From the NCBI GenBank assembly GCA_046349215.1, contig JAXMCV010000001.1:830434-894433 (forward strand): a stretch of DNA of 64,000 nucleotides, written 5' to 3'. This stretch comes from Beijerinckiaceae bacterium. Lineage in GTDB: Bacteria; Pseudomonadota; Alphaproteobacteria; Rhizobiales; Beijerinckiaceae. The notes below the pieces were generated by a model. It was not told where the DNA came from. It saw only the letters and a list, made by a program, of their open reading frames with translations, and did not search any database. The position numbers and the translations under genes were made by a program. The stretch's first letter is position 1. Each line of letters starts with the position of its first letter. Shown piece by piece: positions 38,559 through 47,945 of this stretch.

Positions 38559-38598
38559 TTCATGTTTGCGCGGCCTTTGGCTCAAAGGCGCGGTAAAT
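38548..38598 (+). repeat. copy 2 of the AT-rich direct repeat (GTAAATTTTGATTCATGTTT..TTTGGCTCAAAGGCGCGGTAAAT)
   Basis: See copy 1. Contains the small palindrome CCTTTG-gct-CAAAGG. Lies about 80 nt upstream of ATG 38681. Confidence 0.7.
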
Positions 38599-38680
38599 GT
38601 GATTTTGTCGCGCAAGACGGCGTTTACCGGCGGCTTGCGACTTGGCGCTCCAATGCCCTCGCCAATTCGGGGGCATTGTC

Positions 38681-39136
38681 ATGATCATCAATTTCGATCC
38701 TTATCTCGCATCCTGTCTGCTGGCCGGTTTTGCCTGCGGTCTGGAAAGTCATCTGGCCGGTCGGAAGCTCGCCATCGCCACGCATGTGATTGCCGCGCTC
38801 TTCGGCTATTACGGGCTTGGCGCCACCGACATGGTCGCGCTCGGTCTGAACGGGTTCGCTTTCAAGATACTTTATGCGCTGGGCGCATTGTTTCTCGTCT
38901 GCGCGTGGATCGCCGAATGCGATTCCCTGCGGAACGAGGACAGGCCCGCCGAACGCGGCGACGCCGCCAACCACGTCATCGCATTCGCGATCGGGCTGGC
39001 CTGCGCCATCCAGTGCGAAACGCTGACCGTCGTCGCCTGCGCGGAAATGTACGCGCTCTACCTGCGCCGCAGGCGCGGCGACAGCGAGCCCGCCTACGCC
39101 AACAGCGCTTTCACTGCGGCGGCGCCGCGAGCCTGA
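38681..39136 (+). CDS. small polytopic membrane protein (weak MgtC/SapB-like pattern)
   Basis: ATG 38681 after GGGGG. Four hydrophobic segments. CLLAGFACGLESHLAGRKLAIATHVIAAL loosely resembles the MgtC N-terminal motif. GC3 is lower than in neighbours. Confidence 0.45.
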   Translation: MIINFDPYLASCLLAGFACGLESHLAGRKLAIATHVIAALFGYYGLGATDMVALGLNGFAFKILYALGALFLVCAWIAECDSLRNEDRPAERGDAANHVIAFAIGLACAIQCETLTVVACAEMYALYLRRRRGDSEPAYANSAFTAAAPRA

Positions 39137-39142
39137 AGGAAA

Positions 39143-41239
39143 TCAGCCGGCGATCTTGGAGAAATCCGCGACCTCGTGCATGGCCGCCCGCAGTTCGTTC
39201 AGGAGCTGCAGGCGGTTCGTGCGCAGGCGCGGATCGTCGGCGTTGACGGTGACGTTGTCGAAGAAGGCGTCGACCGGCGCGCGCAATTTCGCAAGCGCAT
39301 GCATCGCGCCTTCGAAATCCTCGGCCCTCACGCGCTCCTGCGTCTCGTTGCGGGCCCGGTCGATGGCTGCGGCCAGCGCATGTTCCTCGTGCTGGGAGCG
39401 AAGGTTCGGCGCGTGGCGCGCGTCGAAGGCGCCCGCGCCGTCCTTCTTCTCCTCGGCGCGCAGGATGTTGGCGGCGCGCTTGTAGCCGGCGAGCAGGTTC
39501 TTGCCGTCGTCGGAATCGAGGAAGGAAGCCAGCGCCTCGACGCGCCGCACGACCATGAGGAGGTCGTCCTGTTCCTCCAGCGCGAAGACCGCGTCGATCA
39601 GGTCGTGCCGCGCGCCCTTGTCGCGCAGATAGACCTTCAGGCGGTCGGCGAAGAAGGCGAGCAGGTCGCCGCCGATGTTGACGTGCTTGTCGAGATGCGA
39701 CTGGGCGTAACGGAACATGTAGAGCAGCGGCAGGCGCAGGCCGTTCTCCAGAACGATGCGGATCACGCCGAGCGCGGCGCGGCGCAACGCGAACGGATCC
39801 TTCGAGCCGGTCGGCTTCTCGTTGATCGCCCAGAAGCCGACCAGCGTGTCGATCTTGTCGGCGAGCGCGACGGCGACCGACACCGGATTCGTCGGGATAC
39901 GATCGGCAGGCCCCTGCGGCTTGTAGTGCTCCTCGATCGCGGCGGCGACGGCTTCGTCCTTGCCTTGCGCCAACGCGTAGTAGCGGCCCATCAGGCCCTG
40001 CAATTCGGGAAATTCGCCGACCATTTCGCTGACGAGATCGGCCTTGGCGAGATGGGCGGCGAGCGCGGCGTGCGCCGCCGTCTTCGCATCGGCGCCGAGT
40101 TTCGTCGCGATCTCGTCGGCCAGCGTCTCCAGGCGCTTCACGCGCTGGCCCTGCGTGCCGAGTTTCTCGTGGAAGACGATCGAATCGAGTTTCGGAACGC
40201 GATCCTCGAGACGGATTTTCAGATCCGTCTCCCAGAAGAATTTCGCGTCCGAAAGGCGCGCCGCGACGACGCGCTGGTTGCCGGCGACGATCTCCTTGCC
40301 GCCGTCGCTGGCGAGGATGTTCGACACCAGAATGAAGCGGTTGACGAGCCTGTCGCCATTCTTCAGCACGAAGCACTTCTGGTTGGCGCGAATGGTGGCG
40401 CGGATCGCCTCCTGCGGAATCGCCAGGAAGCTTTCGTCGAACGAACCCATGAGCGTGACCGGCCACTCGACGAGGCCTGCGACCTCCTCAAGAAGTCCCT
40501 CGTCCTCGATCAGTTCGAAACCCTGCGCGAAGGCGAGGTCGCGCGCATCGTGCAGCACGATGTCCTTGCGACGCGCGGAATCCAGAACGACCTTCGCCTT
40601 TTCGAGCGCCGGAAGATAATCGTCGAAGCGGCGGACGCGAATTTCCGACGGCGCCAGGAAACGATGTCCGCGCGTGAGATTGCCGGCGGCGACGCCGTCG
40701 ATCTCGAACGGCACGATGTCGGGCTCCTCGTTCTCGGCGCCGAAAGTCGCGACGATCGAATGCAGCGGACGCACCCAGCGCAAGGCGTCCGAGCGCACGG
40801 AGGCCGCGCCCCAGCGCATCGACTTCGGCCACGGGAAGGCGCGGATGATTCCGGGCAGGATTTCGGCGAGCAGGTCGAGCGTCGGACGGCCGGGCCGCTC
40901 GACGATGGCCACATAGAATTCGCCCTTCTTCGGGTCTTTCTCGATCTTCGCCTCGTCGAGCGAGGCGAGACCGGCGCTCTTGAGGAAGCCCTGGACGGCC
41001 GCCTCGGGCGCGCCGACGCGCGGGCCTTTCTTCTCCTCGCGGAGGTCGGGCTGGCGGGGCGGCAGGCCGGCGATGTGGAGCGCCAGGCGGCGCGGCGTGG
41101 CGTGCGAGATGGCGCCCTCGAACTTCAGACCGCGCTCGATCAGCGCCCCGGTGACGAGGCGCTCGAGGTCGGAGGCGGCCTGCCGCTGCATGCGGGCCGG
41201 GATTTCCTCGGAAAACAGTTCGAGAAGGAGGTCGGGCAT
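39143..41239 (-). CDS. glyS: glycine--tRNA ligase beta subunit
   Basis: [18 protein letters not shown], 698 aa, with a typical GlyS body throughout. Confidence 0.97.
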   Translation of the reverse strand: MPDLLLELFSEEIPARMQRQAASDLERLVTGALIERGLKFEGAISHATPRRLALHIAGLPPRQPDLREEKKGPRVGAPEAAVQGFLKSAGLASLDEAKIEKDPKKGEFYVAIVERPGRPTLDLLAEILPGIIRAFPWPKSMRWGAASVRSDALRWVRPLHSIVATFGAENEEPDIVPFEIDGVAAGNLTRGHRFLAPSEIRVRRFDDYLPALEKAKVVLDSARRKDIVLHDARDLAFAQGFELIEDEGLLEEVAGLVEWPVTLMGSFDESFLAIPQEAIRATIRANQKCFVLKNGDRLVNRFILVSNILASDGGKEIVAGNQRVVAARLSDAKFFWETDLKIRLEDRVPKLDSIVFHEKLGTQGQRVKRLETLADEIATKLGADAKTAAHAALAAHLAKADLVSEMVGEFPELQGLMGRYYALAQGKDEAVAAAIEEHYKPQGPADRIPTNPVSVAVALADKIDTLVGFWAINEKPTGSKDPFALRRAALGVIRIVLENGLRLPLLYMFRYAQSHLDKHVNIGGDLLAFFADRLKVYLRDKGARHDLIDAVFALEEQDDLLMVVRRVEALASFLDSDDGKNLLAGYKRAANILRAEEKKDGAGAFDARHAPNLRSQHEEHALAAAIDRARNETQERVRAEDFEGAMHALAKLRAPVDAFFDNVTVNADDPRLRTNRLQLLNELRAAMHEVADFSKIAG

Positions 41240-41377
41240 CGGTCTCGGCGGTCAGGAATGGCTGGTTTCCGCCGGGTCTGGCCGGCTTTGCGACGTCGCT
41301 GGCCGCAGGCCAGCGCTCCGGCGCGTCTTGTGGGACAAGAGCCGCGCCGAAGCAAGGTCAAAGCGATTGATGAGGGA

Positions 41378-41617
41378 TCAGAGCGCCTTGTGAGCGCCGT
41401 CGCAGAGCGGGGCGTTCTTCGTGTGCTTGCAGGCGCAGAGATAGGCGGTCTTGGTTTCCGGCGCGGTCCAGGCCATCGGCGCGAATTCCGAGCCCTTGTG
41501 GGCGCCGTCGCAGAGCGGCTGCTTGGCGGACTTGCCGCAGGTGCACCAGTAATAGGTCTTGCCGGCCTCGACCTCGACAGGGATCGGCGACTTCTGGGCG
41601 ATGACGGGAGCGGTCAT
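41378..41617 (-). CDS. CDGSH-type iron-sulfur domain protein (two CDGSH motifs)
   Basis: Trimmed to ATG 41617 with AAGAGGAA upstream. CTCGKSAKQPLCDGAHK and CACKHTKNAPLCDGAHK. Confidence 0.85.
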   Translation of the reverse strand: MTAPVIAQKSPIPVEVEAGKTYYWCTCGKSAKQPLCDGAHKGSEFAPMAWTAPETKTAYLCACKHTKNAPLCDGAHKAL

Positions 41618-41728
41618 TGTGTTCCTCTTGGCGGTGGTCCCCGGAGGGGTCGCCGCCAATATGCGCACAAGCTCGGGCTTGTCCATTGCCGCCCTGCAAG
41701 CCCGCGCCGGCTCGCGCGGGCCTGGGAG

Positions 41729-42883
41729 CTATTGAACCAGCGACGGGATCGTCGCGTTGGCGACGTTGGCGTTGGACCCGCAGACCGACACGACCGTGAA
41801 ATGGATGTCCTGCTGCGACCAGGTGCCCGGCAGCGGATTGGCCCAGGGCGTATCTTCCCAGTCGTGCGTCGTCGTCTGCCCGCAATTGAACAGGCTGAAG
41901 AAATTGGTCGAGACATTGTTGGGGAGTTCGACGCCGTTGACGAACAGGTTGTGCGCCGTGTTGGGGTCGGTCGTCCGGTAGTAGACCGGCGTGGCGGTCT
42001 TGGAGACGGTGTTCGTCGTGGTGGTCGTGACGTACTGGCCCTTCCTCGAATCCCAGACCGTCTTCGTGGAGGTCCACGTAGACCCCACCGGCATACAGAC
42101 GAAGGGATTCCAGTAGGACGTGTTCCCGCCGTAGTCGGGATGCTGCGGACCGTAGCCCGGCGCGCAGCCGTCGCTGAGCACGGTCATGACGAGATAGGCG
42201 TTGTCGTAGGTCGAGCCGAGGGCAACGGTCGTGTTGACGAGGCCGTCGACCATCGCGCCGCCCGGCCCGGTCGCGAATTTTGCGCTGACGTCGCCAGTAC
42301 CGCCATTGTTGAGACTTGTGGGCTGATAGATGTAGCTCGCCATCAGCGTATCGCTCGCGGCGTTCGGTTCGTGCTTGTAGAGATCGACCTGCTTCCAGTA
42401 CCAGCCGCTGGCGCCGGTCAGCGTGAAGGCGACATTGGCCGGCGACTGCACGGCCTGCTGCGTGATCTTCGCCTTGGCCGAGGCCGACAGGTTCATGGTC
42501 GTGAAGCCGGCGATGCCGAGCGCCGTCGTGCCCATGACGCCGCTCGCCGCCGCCGTGATCGAACCATCGGCATTGAGCGTCGGCTGCGTCGTCCAGTTCG
42601 CCGTGACGCCGGAACCTGCGAGATTGGCCTGCAAAATCTTGGTTGCGTTGGAAACGCGCTGGTCCGCTGGCGCCTGGATGGCGGCGAGCACCGCGGAATC
42701 GACGGCGGCCTGCAGTCGGGTCTGGTTGTTGACGGCGCGCCCGTAATCGATCGCCGCGCCAACCGAGAACATCACCGCGGTCGTCGAGAGGGCGAAAATG
42801 ATTGATGTCGTCGCTTGTACGTCGGCCCTGAATTTACGGAGCCTCAAGTATGCGCTGTCGCGGACCTTGCCGATGGCGGACAT
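41729..42883 (-). CDS. TadE/TadG-like (Flp pilus assembly N-terminal motif) protein with an uncharacterised T/N/G/W-rich C-terminal domain
   Basis: N-terminus RKFRADVQATTSIIFALSTTAVMFSVGAAIDYGRA is the TadE/G-like signature. No other tad/cpa genes are nearby. GC is somewhat lower than in glyQ/glyS. Confidence 0.7.
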   Translation of the reverse strand: MSAIGKVRDSAYLRLRKFRADVQATTSIIFALSTTAVMFSVGAAIDYGRAVNNQTRLQAAVDSAVLAAIQAPADQRVSNATKILQANLAGSGVTANWTTQPTLNADGSITAAASGVMGTTALGIAGFTTMNLSASAKAKITQQAVQSPANVAFTLTGASGWYWKQVDLYKHEPNAASDTLMASYIYQPTSLNNGGTGDVSAKFATGPGGAMVDGLVNTTVALGSTYDNAYLVMTVLSDGCAPGYGPQHPDYGGNTSYWNPFVCMPVGSTWTSTKTVWDSRKGQYVTTTTTNTVSKTATPVYYRTTDPNTAHNLFVNGVELPNNVSTNFFSLFNCGQTTTHDWEDTPWANPLPGTWSQQDIHFTVVSVCGSNANVANATIPSLVQ

Positions 42884-43033
42884 CGTTCGCTCTCCAAATG
42901 CCCGGTTTTCATGGGGCGTTAAGGCGAACTTAATGTCGGCTGATTACGAAAATCCTGTTTCGAAACATCCAATTTTAGCGATCGGCAATTTTTCGTTCAG
43001 GTTACGAATATCTTGCGTCAATCGCGGCGTTAA

Positions 43034-43957
43034 TCATGCCGCGACGCCGCCGCCCTCCGTGCGCAGCCACGCCTCGCCGCAGGCCTTCGCCAGCTCGCGC
43101 ACGCGCAGGATGTAGCTCTGGCGCTCGGTGACCGAGATGACGCCGCGCGCATCGAGCAGGTTGAACGTGTGACTGGCCTTGATGCACTGGTCGTAGGCCG
43201 GCAGCACCATGTCGTGGCGCTCGCCCCTGTCGCCGGCCGCCAGCAGGTTGCGGCATTCGGTTTCCGCGTCCTTGAAGTGGCGGAACAGGCGCTCGACATC
43301 GGCGTGTTCGAAATTGTGTCGCGAATATTCCTGTTCGGCCTGCAGGAACACGTCGCCGTAGGTGACCTTTTCGTCGCCTTCGCGGCCGTTGAAATTCAGA
43401 TCGTAGATCGATTCCACGCCCTGCAGGTACATGGCGAGGCGTTCGAGACCGTAGGTCAGTTCGCCCGACACGGGCGCGCATTCGAAGCCGGCGACCTGCT
43501 GGAAGTACGTGAATTGCGACACTTCCATGCCGTCGCACCAGCATTCCCAGCCGAGCCCCCAGGCGCCGAGCGTCGGGCTTTCCCAGTCGTCCTCGACGAA
43601 ACGGATGTCGTGCAGCATCGGGTCGATGCCGATCGCGGCCAGCGACTTGAGATAGAGACCCTGAAGGTCGGGCGGCGAGGGCTTCAGGATCACCTGATAC
43701 TGGTAATAATGCTGCAGCCGGTTCGGATTCTCGCCGTAGCGGCCATCCTTCGGGCGGCGGGAAGGCTGCACATAGGCGGCCTTCCAGGGCTTGGGCCCCA
43801 GCGAGCGCAAGGTCGTGGCCGGGTGGAAGGTGCCGGCGCCGACCTCCATGTCGTAGGGCTGCAGGATGACGCAGCCCTGCTCGGCCCAGAAGTTCTGGAG
43901 CGTGAGGATGAGGCCCTGGAAGCTCTTGCGGGGATCTCTGTAGGAAGCGTCGGTCAT
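43034..43957 (-). CDS. glyQ: glycine--tRNA ligase alpha subunit
   Basis: Trimmed to ATG 43957. [34 protein letters not shown] and [28 protein letters not shown]. Confidence 0.97.
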   Translation of the reverse strand: MTDASYRDPRKSFQGLILTLQNFWAEQGCVILQPYDMEVGAGTFHPATTLRSLGPKPWKAAYVQPSRRPKDGRYGENPNRLQHYYQYQVILKPSPPDLQGLYLKSLAAIGIDPMLHDIRFVEDDWESPTLGAWGLGWECWCDGMEVSQFTYFQQVAGFECAPVSGELTYGLERLAMYLQGVESIYDLNFNGREGDEKVTYGDVFLQAEQEYSRHNFEHADVERLFRHFKDAETECRNLLAAGDRGERHDMVLPAYDQCIKASHTFNLLDARGVISVTERQSYILRVRELAKACGEAWLRTEGGGVAA

Positions 43958-44004
43958 GTCGGTATCCAATTCGGCGCGGAACCTATGGGCCGGGACCCGG
44001 AGGG

Positions 44005-44769
44005 TCAATGCAGCCGCAAGTCGATACCCGCCTCGCCGCGATGGATCGCATCCGCTTCGGCGGTGAAGGAGCCGTCGGCGGCGTGCAGGACGAGCGGCGG
44101 CAGGAGCGCGAGCGGCGCCCGTGAGCCCTTGCGTCCGCCGACCAGCAAACGGATGGCCGGTTCGCCGGCACGGGGTTGGACTGGCAGCAGGCGCAGTCCG
44201 CCGAGCCGGCCCTTCGCCGCATCCACGATCTGCGCCAGCGCGTCGGCCCGGTGGATCATGAAAAACGTTCCGCCAGGGGCCAGAAGCGCAAGCGCGGCTT
44301 TCATCCACGCGGCAAGTCCGCCCTCGCCCGCCACATGCGCCCGCGCCTTCCCCGCGTCCGGCGTGACGCGCACCGCGCCTAAGTCATGAAACGGCGGGTT
44401 GGTGAGGACGAAATCGTAGATCCCGTCGCGCAGACCGGAAGCGCGGCGCGCACCAGCGACCAGACCATTGGCAACTATTGTTACAGCGCGACCCGCAAAG
44501 CCGTTCAGGCGAATGTTTTCGTCGCAGCAGGCCGCAGTCGCCGCGTCGATTTCCAGGAATGTCATGTCGAGCGCCGGCGCGCGACACATCGCGATCAGAC
44601 CCGCCGCTCCCGCCCCCGCGCCGAAATCGAGCCCCTTCCCATGGGTTTGCGGCGACGCGCAGGCGCCCAGCAGGACCGCATCCGTCCCGGCGCGGTGGCC
44701 GGAGGCATGCTGGACCAGCGACAGCCGGCCTCCGAGGAGACGGTCAGGCCGGGGAGAGTTCTGAGCCAA
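44005..44769 (-). CDS. N6-adenine methyltransferase, tRNA1(Val) m6A37 (YfiC/TrmN6)-like
   Basis: SAM-binding region [12 protein letters not shown] and catalytic NPPF (LTNPPFH). The TTG start overlaps the preceding gene by 26 nt, so the start is uncertain. Confidence 0.8.
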   Translation of the reverse strand: MAQNSPRPDRLLGGRLSLVQHASGHRAGTDAVLLGACASPQTHGKGLDFGAGAGAAGLIAMCRAPALDMTFLEIDAATAACCDENIRLNGFAGRAVTIVANGLVAGARRASGLRDGIYDFVLTNPPFHDLGAVRVTPDAGKARAHVAGEGGLAAWMKAALALLAPGGTFFMIHRADALAQIVDAAKGRLGGLRLLPVQPRAGEPAIRLLVGGRKGSRAPLALLPPLVLHAADGSFTAEADAIHRGEAGIDLRLH

Positions 44770-44968
44770 GCCCCGCCTCCTCCAGGGTCCGGCGGGCCCG
44801 CGCCGAATCCTCGTCCAGCACCATGATCCGGCGCCGGATGAAGCCGAGCGAGCCTTCGAGAACGCTCATATGCTGGTCCGCCACGAAAAATCCCACGCCT
44901 TCGCCTGAGAGCAGGGCCTCGACATAGGAAATCAGCACAGGATCGTTGGTCCGCAGCAATTCGATCAT
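44744..44968 (-). CDS. DUF2007 (putative signal-transducing) small protein
   Basis: Only the last 74 codons of ORF 44744..46087 look real: MIELLRTNDPVLISYVEALLSGEGVGFFVADQHMSVLEGSLGFIRRRIMVLDED. Confidence 0.75.
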   Translation of the reverse strand: MIELLRTNDPVLISYVEALLSGEGVGFFVADQHMSVLEGSLGFIRRRIMVLDEDSARARRTLEEAGLGSELSPA

Positions 44969-45058
44969 TCCGGCGGACCCTGTCAGCACGCGCTCGATAC
45001 GGCAAGAGCGCGGCAATTGTTCCAAATTTCGCCGAACCGCGCTAAATAACCCTTCCTG

Positions 45059-46090
45059 TTGCTTTGCGAGGGTGCTTTGGGCGTCGTCATTTCCCTTGAG
45101 GACAAGGCCAAGACTGCGAGCGTCGAAAAACTCGTCGGGCTGGCCAAGGCGGATATGGATCGGGTCAACCAGACCATCCTGTCGCGCACCGGATCCGACG
45201 TGACGATGATTCCCGAGGTCGCCAATCACCTCATCTCGTCGGGTGGCAAGCGTCTGCGGCCGATGCTGACGCTGGCGACGGCCGCCATGTGCGGCTATCG
45301 CGGCGACGGGCACATCAAGCTCGCGGCCGCTGTGGAATTCATGCATACGGCCACGCTTCTGCACGACGACGTCGTCGACGAAAGCGACATGCGGCGCGGC
45401 AAGCTGGCGGCGCGCATGCTCTGGGGCAACGAAGCGAGCGTTCTCGTCGGCGATTTTCTGCTGGGCCAGGCCTTCAAGATGATGGTCGAAGTCGGCTCGC
45501 TTACCGCGCTCGACATTCTTTCCTCGGCGGCCACCGTGATCGCCGAAGGCGAAGTGATGCAGCTTGCGGCCGCCAAGGACACGACGACGACCGAGGACGC
45601 TTATCTGGCGGTGATCCGCGCCAAGACGGCGGCGCTGTTTGCGGCGGCCTGCGAAGTTGGCCCCGTGCTGGCAAACCGTTCGAAAGCCGATCAGGCGGCT
45701 TGCGAGAGCTATGGCGCCAATCTCGGCATCGCCTTCCAGCTCATCGACGACGCGCTCGACTATGGCGGCACAGCCGCGACTCTCGGCAAGAACGTCGGCG
45801 ACGACTTCCGCGAGGGCAAGATCACCCTGCCGGTCGTGCTGTCGTTCCGCCGCGGCTCGGAGACCGAGCGCGAGTTCTGGCGACGCACGCTCGAGAAGGG
45901 CGAGATCAAGGACGGCGATCTCGAGCAGGCGCTTGGCATCATGCGCAGGCATCGCGCGCTCGAAGACACGATCGAACGCGCCAAGCATTATGGCGCGATG
46001 GCGCGCGATGCGCTCGAAATCTTCGAGACATCGCCGATCAAGACGGCGCTTCTGGAAACCGTCGACTTCTGCATTTCCCGCGCCCATTGA
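45059..46090 (+). CDS. ispB: polyprenyl (octaprenyl) diphosphate synthase
   Basis: GGKRLRPMLTL, first DDxxD (LLHDDVVDESDMRRG), second (FQLIDDALDY). TTG start; an in-frame TTG at 45077 is an alternative. Confidence 0.9.
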   Translation: MLCEGALGVVISLEDKAKTASVEKLVGLAKADMDRVNQTILSRTGSDVTMIPEVANHLISSGGKRLRPMLTLATAAMCGYRGDGHIKLAAAVEFMHTATLLHDDVVDESDMRRGKLAARMLWGNEASVLVGDFLLGQAFKMMVEVGSLTALDILSSAATVIAEGEVMQLAAAKDTTTTEDAYLAVIRAKTAALFAAACEVGPVLANRSKADQAACESYGANLGIAFQLIDDALDYGGTAATLGKNVGDDFREGKITLPVVLSFRRGSETEREFWRRTLEKGEIKDGDLEQALGIMRRHRALEDTIERAKHYGAMARDALEIFETSPIKTALLETVDFCISRAH

Positions 46091-46093
46091 GCG

Positions 46094-46657
46094 CTAGGAC
46101 TCCACTGGCGCCCAGACGGGAATGAGCAGGTTCGGGTCCGGCGAGCGCATGAAGACGACGCTTCTGAGATAGCCCTCCACAAGGACGAGCAGGCCCTGGC
46201 GACGCACCAGGATCAACCGCTCGACGTCCTGCGGATCCGGTGCGGCAGGAATGCGAAGCGCCTGCACCCGGGCGTCATCCTCGTCCAGCGAGCCGTCCGG
46301 GCCGGTTCTCGGCGCGCCAAAATAGAACTCCGCATAGGGAACGAATCTTCCGTTGCCGTAATGAGGGACGACGAAGATGCGCGTGAACTGCACCTTGGTC
46401 CATTCTTCCGCGCGGTAGTTGCTCGCCGCGCTGACGGCGCCGATCAACCCCGCGTCTCGCGACGAATAGAGCAACCTGACCAGTGCGGCGTGATCTGCGC
46501 GATCGATCTGATCGAATGCCTTTCCCCGCGCCTTTTCGCCGCGCAGCCGGTCAAGCTCCGGTCCCGAAAAATTCGCGCCGAAGCGCTCGGAATCGAGTTC
46601 GGCGTAGGCCCAGCGGGCCTGTAGTTCGTGAGCGGCAATGATCTTGCCCGAAGACAC
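46094..46657 (-). CDS. hypothetical protein (187 aa)
   Basis: GTG start 1 nt after the CoA-transferase stop. High GC3. No family recognised. Confidence 0.5.
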   Translation of the reverse strand: MSSGKIIAAHELQARWAYAELDSERFGANFSGPELDRLRGEKARGKAFDQIDRADHAALVRLLYSSRDAGLIGAVSAASNYRAEEWTKVQFTRIFVVPHYGNGRFVPYAEFYFGAPRTGPDGSLDEDDARVQALRIPAAPDPQDVERLILVRRQGLLVLVEGYLRSVVFMRSPDPNLLIPVWAPVES

Positions 46658-46658
46658 T

Positions 46659-47867
46659 TCAACGCACCACGCCGCGCGCCATCAGCGCGTCGACTTCCGC
46701 TTCGCCGAAACCGGATTCTTCGAGCACTTCGCGCGACTGCTCGCCGAGCTTCGGCGCATGGCGGCGTATGCCGGCCGGAGTCTTCCCGAATTTTGTGGGC
46801 GGGCGCGTCATGCGGATCTTTCCGACGGCCGGATGATCGTGCAATTCGAAGAAATCCGTGGCGACGAGATGCGGGTGATCCGCCAGATCGTCGAGCGCAT
46901 AAAGGCGCGTCGCCGGAATGTCGAGACGTTCGCAGGTCGCCAGCCATTCCTGCGTCGTGCGTCGTTCCAACGCATCGCGCATCGCCGAATAAAGCTCCTG
47001 CACGTGCCTGTTGCGCTTCGTGCGATCGATGGCGATCTCTACCATGTCCATGCGGCCGATCTCCGAAAAGAACGCCGTCCAGTGCTCGGCTGTGTAGGGC
47101 AGCAAGGCGAGCCAGCCGTCTTTCGTCTGCATGGGGCGGCGCCCGCCCTGCAGCAGCCGCGCATATCCGACGGCGCCCTCGCGCGGCTCGAACGTCATGC
47201 CGCCCATGTGTTCGGCCAGCACGAAGGCGGCCATTGTCTCCAGCATCGGCGTCTCGACATATTGTCCTTCGCCGGTGCGCTCGCGATGAAACAGCGCGGC
47301 GAGCACCGCGTTGACGAGCGCCAGTCCGGTCGTCTTGTCGGCGATCAGGCTCGATACGTAGTCGGGTCGCTCGGCATACACGTTGGAGACGGCGACCATG
47401 CCGGAGGCCGCCTGGATGACGTCGTCGAAAGCCGGCCGCGCGGCGCCCGGCCCATCCTGACCGAAGCCGGTCGCTACACAATAGACAATGTCAGGCTTGA
47501 TCTGCTTCACATCGGCGTAGCCGAAGCCCAGACGCTCGATGGCCTCGACCCGCATGTTGTGGACGAGCGCGTCGCAGGTCGAGACCAGGCGGCGCAGGGC
47601 CGCCCTGCCCTCCTCGGCCTTGAGGTCGATGGCGAGCGAACGCTTGTTGCGATTGATGGCGAGAAAGATCGAACTCAGGCCCGCGGTCGAACCGTCGGCG
47701 CGCTGTGCGCCGTTGGCGCGCATGAGGTCGCCTTCGAGCGGTTCGACCTTGATGACATCGGCCCCGTAGTCGCCGAGGATCTGGGTCGCGAGGGGGCCGA
47801 GCACTACGGCGGTCATGTCGAGAATACGCAGGCCGGCGAGCGGACCGCTGGATTTTGTCTCGGCCAA
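46659..47867 (-). CDS. CaiB/BaiF family CoA transferase
   Basis: GPLAGLRILDMTAVVLGPLATQILGDYGADVIKVE. About 400 aa. TTG start, uncertain. Confidence 0.9.
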   Translation of the reverse strand: MAETKSSGPLAGLRILDMTAVVLGPLATQILGDYGADVIKVEPLEGDLMRANGAQRADGSTAGLSSIFLAINRNKRSLAIDLKAEEGRAALRRLVSTCDALVHNMRVEAIERLGFGYADVKQIKPDIVYCVATGFGQDGPGAARPAFDDVIQAASGMVAVSNVYAERPDYVSSLIADKTTGLALVNAVLAALFHRERTGEGQYVETPMLETMAAFVLAEHMGGMTFEPREGAVGYARLLQGGRRPMQTKDGWLALLPYTAEHWTAFFSEIGRMDMVEIAIDRTKRNRHVQELYSAMRDALERRTTQEWLATCERLDIPATRLYALDDLADHPHLVATDFFELHDHPAVGKIRMTRPPTKFGKTPAGIRRHAPKLGEQSREVLEESGFGEAEVDALMARGVVR

Positions 47868-47945
47868 GATGCGTTTCCCCGTTTTCAGGGATTGTAGCAG
47901 GCCACGAATGTCGTTCCAGATGGCCGCTCGAAGGGACGGGCCAAC

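Noticed and set aside
38279-38563. A 94-aa minus-strand ORF in the AT-rich islet.
   Set aside because: The overlapping plus-strand frame starting at ATG 38370 has a much better third-position GC bias. The minus ORF runs through both repeat copies. Even the plus-strand ORF is only a low-confidence call.
39176-42805. A 1209-aa plus-strand ORF spanning glyS, the CDGSH gene, the TadE/G-like gene and both intergenic gaps.
   Set aside because: It is antisense to three confidently recognised minus-strand genes. Its translation is the R/A/G/D/V-rich low-information sequence typical of shadow ORFs in GC-rich DNA, where stops are rare in the frame complementary to high-GC3 codons. No motif is recognisable. 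Its unusual length is best explained by chance frame alignment of the three genes.
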